From Candidatus Heimdallarchaeota archaeon (GTDB lineage: Archaea > Asgardarchaeota > Heimdallarchaeia > Hodarchaeales > Hodarchaeaceae): DNA of 48,323 nt. Below are positions 28,920-39,100 of the stretch, piece after piece. Made by a program: the position numbers and the translations under genes. Location: the NCBI GenBank assembly GCA_020353515.1, contig CP070695.1, forward strand, positions 1,029,161 through 1,077,483, read 5' to 3'. The notes under the pieces are model-generated. The model ran no database searches. It was given only the letters and a program-made list of their open reading frames with translations, and was not told the origin of the DNA. Numbering within the stretch: position 1 is the first letter of the stretch; each line of letters starts with the position of its first letter.

Positions 28920-29570
28920 TTGGTATACATAATGGAGACAGTCATTCATCATATTGATACTATTATCTACACTAAATTTGATATTCTTACCGATTTTGGT
29001 GGATCATTTACATTAAACATCCCCTTATTCTGTCAACAGTGTGGCCAATGTTGTAGAGAGATTTCATTCCCAGATCCGAATAGTTTAGATGACGTGATAA
29101 AGTCCCTTAACATGGATATTCAGCTATTAGGAAAACAAAATGGAGAACAAAAATATTACTCAAAGACATTAACAGAAATATGTCAAATTAAGCCTTGCAT
29201 CTTTCTACAGGATGATTTATGTCTTATCTATTCTCTAAGGCCTTTACTATGTAGAGAATGGTATCCTCGGGTTAAATCGAAATGCCCAGCTTATCTTCTT
29301 CACAATAAAATAAGCCAGACTCTTCTTAACAATCGCAAATATCGCGTTGGCACGCGTGAAATGGTCTTGATTGGAGATATGAATCTAAATTTATCCTATC
29401 CATCAGTCAGAAAACTAGAAGAAATCGATGAACATACTTTGATTCATTATTATTCTCCTCCAGAGGATGAAATACGCCCGATATGGGAATTATTTCTTAC
29501 TTTCAATCCTACAAATCACGAAAGATTAATTTTTAAAACTATTAATCCAGTTATGAGATTACTAGATTAG
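28920..29570 (+). CDS. YkgJ family CxxCxxCC cysteine-cluster protein
   Basis: 'CQQCGQCC', 'PCIFL...CLIYSLRPLLCREWYP'. Confidence 0.88.
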   Translation: MVYIMETVIHHIDTIIYTKFDILTDFGGSFTLNIPLFCQQCGQCCREISFPDPNSLDDVIKSLNMDIQLLGKQNGEQKYYSKTLTEICQIKPCIFLQDDLCLIYSLRPLLCREWYPRVKSKCPAYLLHNKISQTLLNNRKYRVGTREMVLIGDMNLNLSYPSVRKLEEIDEHTLIHYYSPPEDEIRPIWELFLTFNPTNHERLIFKTINPVMRLLD

Positions 29571-30831
29571 GTTTCTTGGGTTCATCAACAAAAAAGAACG
29601 CCACACCACCAATGAATCGTAGAACTACAACGATCAAGAGCATTGTATAAATTGCTGACCATTTTCCAACAAAACTGATCAATATTTCTGTGACTATTCC
29701 CATGGAAATCGAGCCAATAAAGGTAACTATCCCCATAATTAATTGATAGGCACCGACATAGTGACCCTTGGCTTCTTCAGAAGCAGAATCTATGATATAC
29801 GCGTTAATTGTAACGAAATAAAGTCCATATCCAAATCCACCAATTATGTTGCTTATTGTTAGTTCTATCCAATTCCTAGCAAAGAATAAGACAACAGGAA
29901 CTAGGAACATCACCCTTCTCCCCCAGAATCCAATTCTCTTCCCACGTTTATCAATTAGATAACCCCCAATCACCAAGGAGCAGACCTGACAGATCATAAA
30001 TGCCGCCCACATAAAAGAATATTCCGTAGGAGACGCATATCTCTCTCTAACAAAGATAAAAATCGGCCAGCCTGACGACATTGCGAAATCCATTAATGCG
30101 CATACAAGTACAAAGCGCCTAAAAGCAGGGTTTTCTTTAAGTGGTCTGAAAGTATTAACAAGGCTCTTTTTCAGGTTGAATTTTAAATTAGAATGGTTCT
30201 CCAAGTTTTTGGGAGCAGTCTCTTTCATAAAAAGCGCTAGAATCCCCGCAACAAAGAAACCAAAAGCACCAATACGAAAAATAATGTTATATTGTTGTGC
30301 ATAATCAACACTGATGAAAGGAACTACCCACCCACTTACTAGAAATACACACATCGTGAAAATCACACTTATAGTTGTGATTCTTCCAATATATGACCCT
30401 CTTTTACTTTCTTTTGAAGTATCACCCAACATTGCCATCCATGACGGAGTGAAAATACTAAATGCGAAGGAATATATTATCATTGCCCCAAGAAATATTA
30501 TCGGATCTGTTATAAGCGGATAGATAAAACTCATCAATGCGGTAACAAACAGTCCTAAAACAAGGAATGGCTTTCTTCCAAATCGATCACTTAATCGACC
30601 AAAAGGAGATTGAACTGCTAACTGTATTAAATTCCGTATGCTAGTAATGATAGAAAGCAAAAATGGGGTCGCTTGAATAAAAACAGCATATAACTGAGCA
30701 TAAGCTCCTCCAATAAAATTTCCAATTGCCTTACCTATAGCTATACTATAAATGAGGAATTTTTTGTTCTCGGATACCGTTTCTTTGTCAGCAAGATATT
30801 CTAATGAGACGCTCATTGAATTTTCAGTCAA
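29551..30831 (-). CDS. MFS transporter
   Basis: Motif A 'GRLSDRFGRK' and 'GYLIDKRGKR'; about 12 TMs. Confidence 0.93.
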   Translation of the reverse strand: MTENSMSVSLEYLADKETVSENKKFLIYSIAIGKAIGNFIGGAYAQLYAVFIQATPFLLSIITSIRNLIQLAVQSPFGRLSDRFGRKPFLVLGLFVTALMSFIYPLITDPIIFLGAMIIYSFAFSIFTPSWMAMLGDTSKESKRGSYIGRITTISVIFTMCVFLVSGWVVPFISVDYAQQYNIIFRIGAFGFFVAGILALFMKETAPKNLENHSNLKFNLKKSLVNTFRPLKENPAFRRFVLVCALMDFAMSSGWPIFIFVRERYASPTEYSFMWAAFMICQVCSLVIGGYLIDKRGKRIGFWGRRVMFLVPVVLFFARNWIELTISNIIGGFGYGLYFVTINAYIIDSASEEAKGHYVGAYQLIMGIVTFIGSISMGIVTEILISFVGKWSAIYTMLLIVVVLRFIGGVAFFFVDEPKKPNLVIS

Positions 30832-30940
30832 TTTTTTCCCTGAATGAGAACCTACATAATCAATAGAAATATATATTCTGAGACATAAAGCTTTATAAAT
30901 TTCATAATCTAACTGTAAATCAAAATTTTAGGTAAAAGAA

Positions 30941-31663
30941 GTGGGAATGATATTCTCAAGAAATGTTAAAAGCATTCTAACATTCGAAAAACAAGGTTTA
31001 TGTGAAATATCGTTAAATGATCGTTCTACAATACAGGCAGTAATAGTAATAACGATCCTAGCTATTTTAGAGACAATTTTTGGACTTATTTACGCACTTT
31101 CAAACTTAGAAACAATATCTGATAAGTTAATGATACATGGAATTATTTCCACTTTCTCAATTTTTGGGACAATTTTTAGAGATCTATATACCTACTTATA
31201 TATTGAAGAGTTACACATTGAGATAGTTATTAGTTTGATTATTTCAAGTTTCTTAATGTTCTACATATTTGCAGTTCTATTTACATACACATTAACACTT
31301 TTTATTAATAAATTAGGAGGGAAAATCATGCCAATAAACTGTTTCAGGATTATTGGTTTATCTTTTGCATTTGAAATAATTCTTTTGATCTTGATTGAAC
31401 CACTTCGTTTATATACAGTTGGAACTCCAATACCATGGGCTATATTAAGCTTTATTCCATTAATACTCCAAATATTGGTCATTACTTTTGGAATCACAGC
31501 AATATCAGAATTATCTTGGTGGAAAGTAAGTATTAGTACAATAATCATCTACTTTATTACAATCATACTGGCATTCGTTATAGGGCCTATATTAATCAAA
31601 GGTCTCATAAATGACCTGTTTGACTATAAACCAGGTCTTTTGACCTTTATAAATACTGGTTGA
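30941..31663 (+). CDS. Yip1-like membrane protein
   Basis: About 5 TMs; 'KLGGK...FRIIGLS', 'GITAISELSWWKV'. Confidence 0.7.
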   Translation: MGMIFSRNVKSILTFEKQGLCEISLNDRSTIQAVIVITILAILETIFGLIYALSNLETISDKLMIHGIISTFSIFGTIFRDLYTYLYIEELHIEIVISLIISSFLMFYIFAVLFTYTLTLFINKLGGKIMPINCFRIIGLSFAFEIILLILIEPLRLYTVGTPIPWAILSFIPLILQILVITFGITAISELSWWKVSISTIIIYFITIILAFVIGPILIKGLINDLFDYKPGLLTFINTG

Positions 31664-31927
31664 TAACTTATTGGTTTCTTCGAACGAATGCGGGGGATTA
31701 TAAAAGATAATTTTCCAAATGCCTTGAATCCAAGAGGAGAAGAGTCGAACACTCTATCAATATTTTCCCTAAAAACTGATACTTAGTACTAATAGAAATA
31801 AATATTCATTTTTTCGATAATATTCAATTCTGATCTATAAAATGTGGGTTCAGGTGATTAACGAAAGTAATGAGAGAAGAAAGAACTAAAATGAAGTTAT
31901 CTTATTTCACATTTAAGAGGAATTATA

Positions 31928-32965
31928 ATGACCGTGAAAGTTGGTATAAATGGTTTTGGACGCATTGGTCGTCTAGTATTACGTGCATTATTACAGATGC
32001 AAAAAGAAGTTAAAAAAAAGGTTGATATCATAGCTATCAATGATATTGCTGATAATGAACCCCTAGCTCACATGTTTGAGTTTGATTCGGTTCATGGACG
32101 ATTTCAGGGGACTGTAGAGGTTTCAGGGCAAGATAGCCTTATATTTGACGGGGATCATTTTTGGACATGTAAGGAAAGGGATCCTATACAGATTCCATGG
32201 AAAAAACTAGACACGGACATTGTGGTTGAGTGTACAGGCAAATTTCGGTTCAGAGATGGTATGCAAAAACATATTGATGCAGGAGCGAAGAAAGTACTAC
32301 TTTCAGCACCCGCAAAACCAGCAAACGATGTTGACATTACAATTGTACGTGGAGTCAACAATCAAGATTATGATCCAGAAAAACACACACTAATTAGTAA
32401 CGCCAGTTGTACAACAAATTGTTTGGCCCCAGTAGTAAAGGTTCTTGATGACAGCTTCGGTTTTGAACAGGGGATAATGACGACAATTCACTCATATACA
32501 AACAACCAAAGACTTCTCGATTCAATCCACAAAGATTATCGGCGAATGCGAGCTGCCGCCGTCAATCATTTTCCTACTAGCACAGGGGCATCAGAAGCAA
32601 CTGGATTAGTCCTTCCACATCTTAAAGGAAAAATTGACGGATTAGCTATCCGAGTACCTACAGCCAATGTCTCGATAGTTGATTTGACTTCTCGCCTCCA
32701 TCAGAACGTCAGTATTGAGGAAATCACTGATGCTTTCAGAGAAGCAGCTAAAGGTGATTTGAAAGGAATACTCGATGTTGAATGGAGAAGTTTAGTAAGT
32801 ACAGACTTTATTGGGAACCCCAATTCTGCAATAATAGATTTACCCTTCCTTCATCTTGTAGATCATAATATGTGCAAGATACTCGCCTGGTATGACAATG
32901 AGTGGGGATATGCTATGCGTTGTGCGGAAATGATTCATGAGATTTATGAAAAAGGGGTCAATTAA
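31928..32965 (+). CDS. gap: Class I glyceraldehyde-3-phosphate dehydrogenase
   Basis: 'GINGFGRIGR', 'ECTGKF', 'SNASCTTNCLAP', 'PTSTGA', 'RVPT', 'WYDNEWGY'. Confidence 0.97.
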   Translation: MTVKVGINGFGRIGRLVLRALLQMQKEVKKKVDIIAINDIADNEPLAHMFEFDSVHGRFQGTVEVSGQDSLIFDGDHFWTCKERDPIQIPWKKLDTDIVVECTGKFRFRDGMQKHIDAGAKKVLLSAPAKPANDVDITIVRGVNNQDYDPEKHTLISNASCTTNCLAPVVKVLDDSFGFEQGIMTTIHSYTNNQRLLDSIHKDYRRMRAAAVNHFPTSTGASEATGLVLPHLKGKIDGLAIRVPTANVSIVDLTSRLHQNVSIEEITDAFREAAKGDLKGILDVEWRSLVSTDFIGNPNSAIIDLPFLHLVDHNMCKILAWYDNEWGYAMRCAEMIHEIYEKGVN

Positions 32966-33014
32966 TATTAGTACAATCCTATGGTCTTAGGTTGAACAAT
33001 TTTAGTGATGGCAT

Positions 33015-34613
33015 TTGATTCCCAAGGAAAAGAAATTTATCTCCGAAGTGGACGAATTATCAGGGCAAACACTGCAAAGAGCCGATAAAGTGGGATATGG
33101 AAGAAATGGGTATGTTGAGCAGAAAAATCATATAATAAAGTTATCTATTTCTAATTTAAAACTTGAATATATCCCAGAAAGTATAGAAAATTTAGAAGAA
33201 CTAAAAATTCTTTATATGGGAGGAAATTATTTAACTAAAATTCCTGATTCAATTTTAACATTGAGGAATTTGGAAGTTTTAGAAGCTTGGGAAAATAGGA
33301 TTGAATTAATCCCTAAAGATATCGGAATCTTGAATAAAGTTTGGCGATTACATCTTGCAGGGAACAAAATTACTGAACTCCCTGAAAGCATTGGTGATCT
33401 GCCAATGAAGAAACTGTATCTTAAACATAACAATGTTTGTTATGTTCCAGAGAGTATTGGGAACTGGATACGCCTCGATGTTTTCGGCCTCCCTCTCAAT
33501 AATCTTTCCTCACTACCAGAAACCATTAATGGTTGGAAAAATGTACGCGTAATCTCACTCTGGCAAAATAAGCTGAAAGCGTTGCCAGATGTTCAACTCA
33601 ACGTAAAAGAGTTACGTTTGAATAACAATTTTTTTACGGAAGTACCTCCACGGGTATACGAGATTCAACAATTAAGGAAACTTTGGTTGAACAGTAACCA
33701 ATTGACGGAGATACCAGAAATCCCGAAAGGACAGCTTAAAAATTTATGGTTCCTAAATTTACAGAATAACTTCCTTTCTTCATTACCCCGATCACTTCAG
33801 CAATTACCTAATCTTCGTGATTTAAGACTCTCTGGAAACCTGTTTGAGTCATATCCAGACTGGTTGGATTCCCTGGAAGGATGTAAAGTAGATAAATCGG
33901 CTCACAAACAACAGATTCAACAACCAGATTATATAGGGGTCAAGAAATATGTGAAATATCTCGAAGATCATCACTTACCAATAGAACATTTAGTGGAAAT
34001 TAAGCATTTTCAAAGATACCTTGAGAATGAGAAGGGGTTCTCCAGAATTGTTAAAGCAAAGGCAGATGATGTTAAAGATTTCATTTCACAGACAGAAATC
34101 ACACCTTTTGCCCTGAGATCTCTGTTTTTATATTTTTCTTGGCTTCAGGATTTTCCTTTACATCGAATTATTAAGGAAGAATTAGAAAATTACGCACAAA
34201 TAATGAATATCAATCTTCAAGATGTCAACCGACTTTCACAGGAATCTCAGACTGTGACCTCATTATTAACACTGGATGAAGAAGAGAAGAAACCTTCTCG
34301 CATTCTTTCTCAACCCCAAAGAGTTGAACCACGAATTGAGGGAGATGAATGGGAAGCTTTCATTGCTGAATTAGACAAAATCTCTTTTGAAGCTGTAAAA
34401 ATTCTCATTAAGTCTTCAAAACCCAAAATAGCACTTGAAAAATTCGCAAGAAGTCAAAATAGGCTTCCAGAGACTCTTCTTGAGGCTATTAATGAGTTGG
34501 CATTAGAGTTTATTGGTGACCTCATTGTTGATCAAGAGACCTATCAGATTACAGAAGATAATTATAAGGAAAAATTGCTTGAAATCTCATTTTCAAGTGA
34601 AAAACCAGAGTAA
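33015..34613 (+). CDS. LRR protein fused to an integrase-SAM-like helical domain and a C-terminal TerB_C domain
   Basis: About 11 LxLxxNxLxxLPxxI repeats. C-terminal 'INLQDVNRLSQESQTVTSLL...DEWEAF...LPETLLEAINELALEFIGDLIVD' aligns with the C-terminus of 36133..39615. Confidence 0.88.
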   Translation: MIPKEKKFISEVDELSGQTLQRADKVGYGRNGYVEQKNHIIKLSISNLKLEYIPESIENLEELKILYMGGNYLTKIPDSILTLRNLEVLEAWENRIELIPKDIGILNKVWRLHLAGNKITELPESIGDLPMKKLYLKHNNVCYVPESIGNWIRLDVFGLPLNNLSSLPETINGWKNVRVISLWQNKLKALPDVQLNVKELRLNNNFFTEVPPRVYEIQQLRKLWLNSNQLTEIPEIPKGQLKNLWFLNLQNNFLSSLPRSLQQLPNLRDLRLSGNLFESYPDWLDSLEGCKVDKSAHKQQIQQPDYIGVKKYVKYLEDHHLPIEHLVEIKHFQRYLENEKGFSRIVKAKADDVKDFISQTEITPFALRSLFLYFSWLQDFPLHRIIKEELENYAQIMNINLQDVNRLSQESQTVTSLLTLDEEEKKPSRILSQPQRVEPRIEGDEWEAFIAELDKISFEAVKILIKSSKPKIALEKFARSQNRLPETLLEAINELALEFIGDLIVDQETYQITEDNYKEKLLEISFSSEKPE

Positions 34614-34901
34614 ATTCCAATTATTATGATTTAATCTTATAATTTTATCCTCAATGAAGGAAAATTACCCTTTAATCGTAGAAATTGGTTTCGAGGAAAT
34701 ATAGGCTAAGTAATTGTTTAATGTCTATCCTTTTTGTAAAATTGAGGAAGCTACATTTAACATTGCTTGTTTCGAAATTGTGGAGAATCAAAAAAAGAGT
34801 TGGGATAAATTTTCTTCCGTTGTACATGAATTATCATTCCTGCAGGTAAAAAAAAGGGAGGTGGATGTAAATCTCAACTCCTTGTTGGATTTGGTGGGAT
34901 C

Positions 34902-35569
34902 TCATCGTTTTTGCTTTTTTCGTATAGTGATTATCACACCTATAGTAATGAGAAGATAGATGAAGCTTGGATAACTCGTATGAAATTCTGGAGTACATAA
35001 GGCCCACTGCCGATAGGCCAGTAATCCTCTGTATTAATGGTAGGATAACTTGTTAATGAAGGTATTCGTATCCTGGCCGCTTGAATTCGTATAAAAGGTG
35101 AATAGGAGGTTGAAAATGTAATACGGATCGTAAATTCATCGATAATCTCTACTGATTCAAGTGGCATAGTAAAATACGGAGTTATACCTTGTTCTTCTTT
35201 TGGAATTTCTGGATCATATCACTTAAGTTTAGTTGGATCGAGAATCATTTCAAATGCAGCAACTATTGCAACCCATTGTTTTGCTAAAGATGGAATAACC
35301 TCGTTTGTCACAGGATCTATTTCCACAAGTGTATCAAATGGAAGTAACAGTAATGAATGTGTATCATACATTGGGTGAAAGGTTGGTTCAAACTTCCCAT
35401 CCATCCCATTAATTATCGTAATAGACTTAGGTGGTTGTTGAAGTTGCACACTCCCAGATATTAGATTTGTGGTATCTTGGGAGACCATAGAAACTGGAAA
35501 TGTATTAATGGAAATAGCTAAAAGAAGAAATATTTGTATGGTAATTATGAACAAAGATTTGGAATTCAT
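34902..35569 (-). pseudogene. Decayed family-5 (OppA/DppA) ABC substrate-binding protein gene
   Basis: Signal peptide, 'FDTLVEID...IPSLAKQW', in-frame TGA at 35219-35221, 'VEIIDEFTIRITF', 'PIGSGPY', then a frameshifted anchor TSYPSFIYLLITIGVIITIRKKQKR* ending at 34902. Confidence 0.8.
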
Positions 35570-36132
35570 AGATGTATCCTTGCCAATTTTTCTCTATAAT
35601 TTGTAATTAAAACAGATATTATTTATGAAATTACTTGTTTTAAATCTTTCTACTCATTTCCACTGTTTTAATATGGTTTCAGCCTGTACTAACTTTAGAA
35701 CAGTTTTTTCCACCCATTTTTTGTATAGCTTTAATGATTTCAGACTTATGAACTAGCGAAAAAAAAGGTATTTTCATTCCTTTCAAACTAAGCTAATAAG
35801 AGACACTAGTTTAATACCAAAATACAAAATTTACTTATACAGAAATCGTTTACAGAAGAAATATTTCATTAATCTTGATATATAAATCTAACATCTTATG
35901 TACATGATATTAACCTTTTTAAATGCCTTCTCATTTAAAATTTACCGAAATTTGACAATTAATGAGTGTTTTCGCACTCTGGACAGTGTTTGGAGTTATT
36001 CTGATATTGAAGAAGGTGTGTAATAATATTATAAACAGTCAACCATATCATCCTCTTATTGAAATAATATTCTCTTCCTGACTCTGAATATCTCAAGAAT
36101 TAGAGTTGATGAAATAAGAAGACCTCAACGAG

Positions 36133-39100
36133 TTGTATGGAAAGCATTTTTCGATGTCAACGATTTTGACTATTGTTGCAGAAAATTTAAGGGTTAATAC
36201 AAAGGAAATAAGAGACTATCAGCTCGTTATCCCAAAAAGGTTCGAAAATATATTTCCTGTAGAAATCACGACAGTTTTAGCAGCTTATCAAGGGAGCCCT
36301 ACCCCTAACATTGGAGATTATTTTTCTTTTCAGGTTTCCTCCGAAAGTTCCTTAGTTCAGAGAGAATTATATGTTCAAATTGATGAAATTACTCCATTTG
36401 AATCAATATCAAAATATGCTAATAAAGAGGAAATCGAATCGATCCTCCAAATATCTCTAATAGAAATTGATTATTGGATAGTAGCAACAGTCCTTGGATA
36501 CTATTCTCCAAAAAGAAAGAAAATTTTAATGTCAGAAAATCCCCTCGTTGGGAAGGTAGGGAAGATTCCTGATTCAGAATCCATATTAATTTTTCTAAAC
36601 CAATATATGGAATGTCTATTTTACAGTTTCCCCCTTAAACTAATAAATTACTTAGTCCATAACTCGACTCAAGGAAGTAAGTTCTGTCAAAGAGGGAATA
36701 CCAAGATTTTAGAGAATATACTTCCTAAAATTATGAAAAAGATTAATAACCACTTTTTAGACGTTCAGAGCAAAAATTTTCTTAATATGTTTCCATCACA
36801 AACCAATTTCACCATTACACAAGAAACTACAAATGTTAATGATATTAAGCACGAATATATAAATTGGCTTGCATCTAATAAACCAATGGTGGATTTCTTT
36901 ACTGATATATTGAAATTCACTGAAAAAAAACTCAGTTTGATTGTGAAATATCGAGGTAAAGTGGAAGTAAATCCAAGACCTCTTAATAATCAGATCAAGG
37001 AAATAATCCATATAGAACTAAAGAAATATGAAACGAGGATACAACCAAAAAGGAAATTGAATAAAAAGCAACTAATTTTTGCAGAGTTTGAAATAGGTTT
37101 CACACCGAAGAAACAAGTCAAAATATCCATAATAAAACCTGAAGTGAAACCTCAAGAACGAATATACAGTAGGAAGCCTGCCTCCGTTGAAACCAAAGAG
37201 ATTATCTCCAAAACTCATGAAAATCAAGGAAATATTAGTGAACTTGAAACCAAGATGAAGGTCGCTGCTCACTCTCTGGATTTTAAACAAGCATCCCGAA
37301 TTCGTGAGAAACTCGAAGATTTAAAGGGAGTATGTTGCGTTAAAGTAGTAGAAGAACCGCAATCTGATTTTAAAACAGCTATCGTTGAAGAAATTCCTAG
37401 AATCCCTAAATTCGTCCCATTTGAGCAATATTGGCCTACTTTAGATACAATGAATGAGGATCAAAAGAGTTGGTACGATCATTGGGTGTCAGAAATCGAA
37501 AATGGACATTATTATCCAACCGATTTGTCTTATATTTTTCTTTATATATATCAAATACTTGATTATGAAGATAAAGAAAAAGGTTATCGTTTACTACGAG
37601 AGATTTGGATCCATTACCGAAGAGAACATCCTAAATTGGACCATTATTTAATTGATTGGATTACAGATTATATCCTTCTACATGATTGCCATTATGATCA
37701 AAGAACCATAAATAAAGAACTAATAAAATTTCATTCAGAATATACGGTAGAATGTCTCGACTCAATTCTGACATTATTCCCACCCCGTTTTAAAGAAATA
37801 CCAATTGATTGGATTAATGTTCTGGCAAATAACAGTATTAAAAGCAGTACTTTTTATTTATCGAAACCAAAAGTCATGAACCAAATTATCCCTGAAGTAC
37901 TTGACGCAATTGACCGACATTATCACGAGACTGAAAACATAGGCTTATTAGAGAAATTTAAGCCTGATAAAGTGGCACGATTCGTTTTTGATAAAGCACT
38001 CAAGGATGAAAGTTATCTTACGAAGACTATTGAAATTTTACCCTACACAAAGTCACCTCCTTTTCTTGTTTTCATCGTAGAGGTTGTAAGGACAACAGAG
38101 AGTAAACTCCGTAAGTATTATCGTTTTCCAGCTCTTCCTCATATCAGTATGTTAGAAAGAGAAATTGAGAAAGTAATTGAAACTATATTTACCAAATTTA
38201 TTAGCGAGTTAAGTTTAACTGAACATGAGACAGAATTATCCTTCATTGATGCCGCGCAAAATTATGTCAATAGGATCGAGGATGAAGTTAAACCAGTTCC
38301 TCTTTACCAATTTCAACCTAACTATCAAGATATGACAAAAGCTCAATTACAATGGTACTTTTATTGGCGTAACCAGGTTAGGAATGGCAACTTTATCTCT
38401 GCTCAAATTGGGTACATTATATTATATATCTATGAAATCATTAATGATATTGGAATCCAAGATCCTCAAGAGGGTTATAAACGATTATTAGCTCTGTGGG
38501 AATATTACCGTATTGATAATCCTGAGTTGGATGAATATTTCCCTGAATGGATCGTGGAATATGCAATTCTAAATGACATACCTGTTGATAACATTGAGGA
38601 ACTCTATCATACGATTTTAAGTAGATTAGATGGAAGAGAACAGAGAGATCTTCGATATGAATTAACAGAGCTTCTACTCTTTCAGTTTCAACAGGAAGCT
38701 TTTAGCAAAATTCCAATCAGAATGATTTATGAGCTTGTGGGTTACTCGAATTTTCTTCCCTATACCCGATTAAATGATTCAGTTCGGTCTACAATAGATC
38801 AGCATGTGGGGTCTATACTAAATGAAGTGAATAATTATTATCTGCATAAATACCAAAAAGGGTTGTTAGAATTCTTTAGTCCCACTAAAAAACGAAGAAT
38901 CCCCTTTGTTCTCGCCCGATATTTTGGTGAGACTGATATATTAGAGATAAAAGGTTTTTCTCGACAATTCTTAAATTTTTTAGATAATACAATAAGATTC
39001 ATTCAAAATCGTTTCCGTGATATTGAGTTTGATACAACTAAAACCCGATTAAAGGCTGTTATTCCAGATCCTGAAGTTGAAGTCTTGATTGATTATTATT

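Noticed and set aside
33929-34150. Integrase / integrated mobile element
   Set aside because: Only a possible SAM-like domain. No catalytic R-H-R-Y domain, att repeats or tRNA recognised.
34714-34959. 81-aa plus-strand ORF between the LRR gene and the pseudogene
   Set aside because: No motifs; partly antisense to the pseudogene anchor.
35219-35221. In-frame TGA as possible selenocysteine or readthrough
   Set aside because: Not a redox-Cys position. The gene also has deletions and a frameshift, so pseudogenisation explains it.
35962-36081. 39-aa hydrophobic ORF (MSVFALWTVFGVILILKK...) upstream of sngA as a detached membrane anchor
   Set aside because: Too short, with no SD or homology support; could arise by chance in AT-rich DNA.
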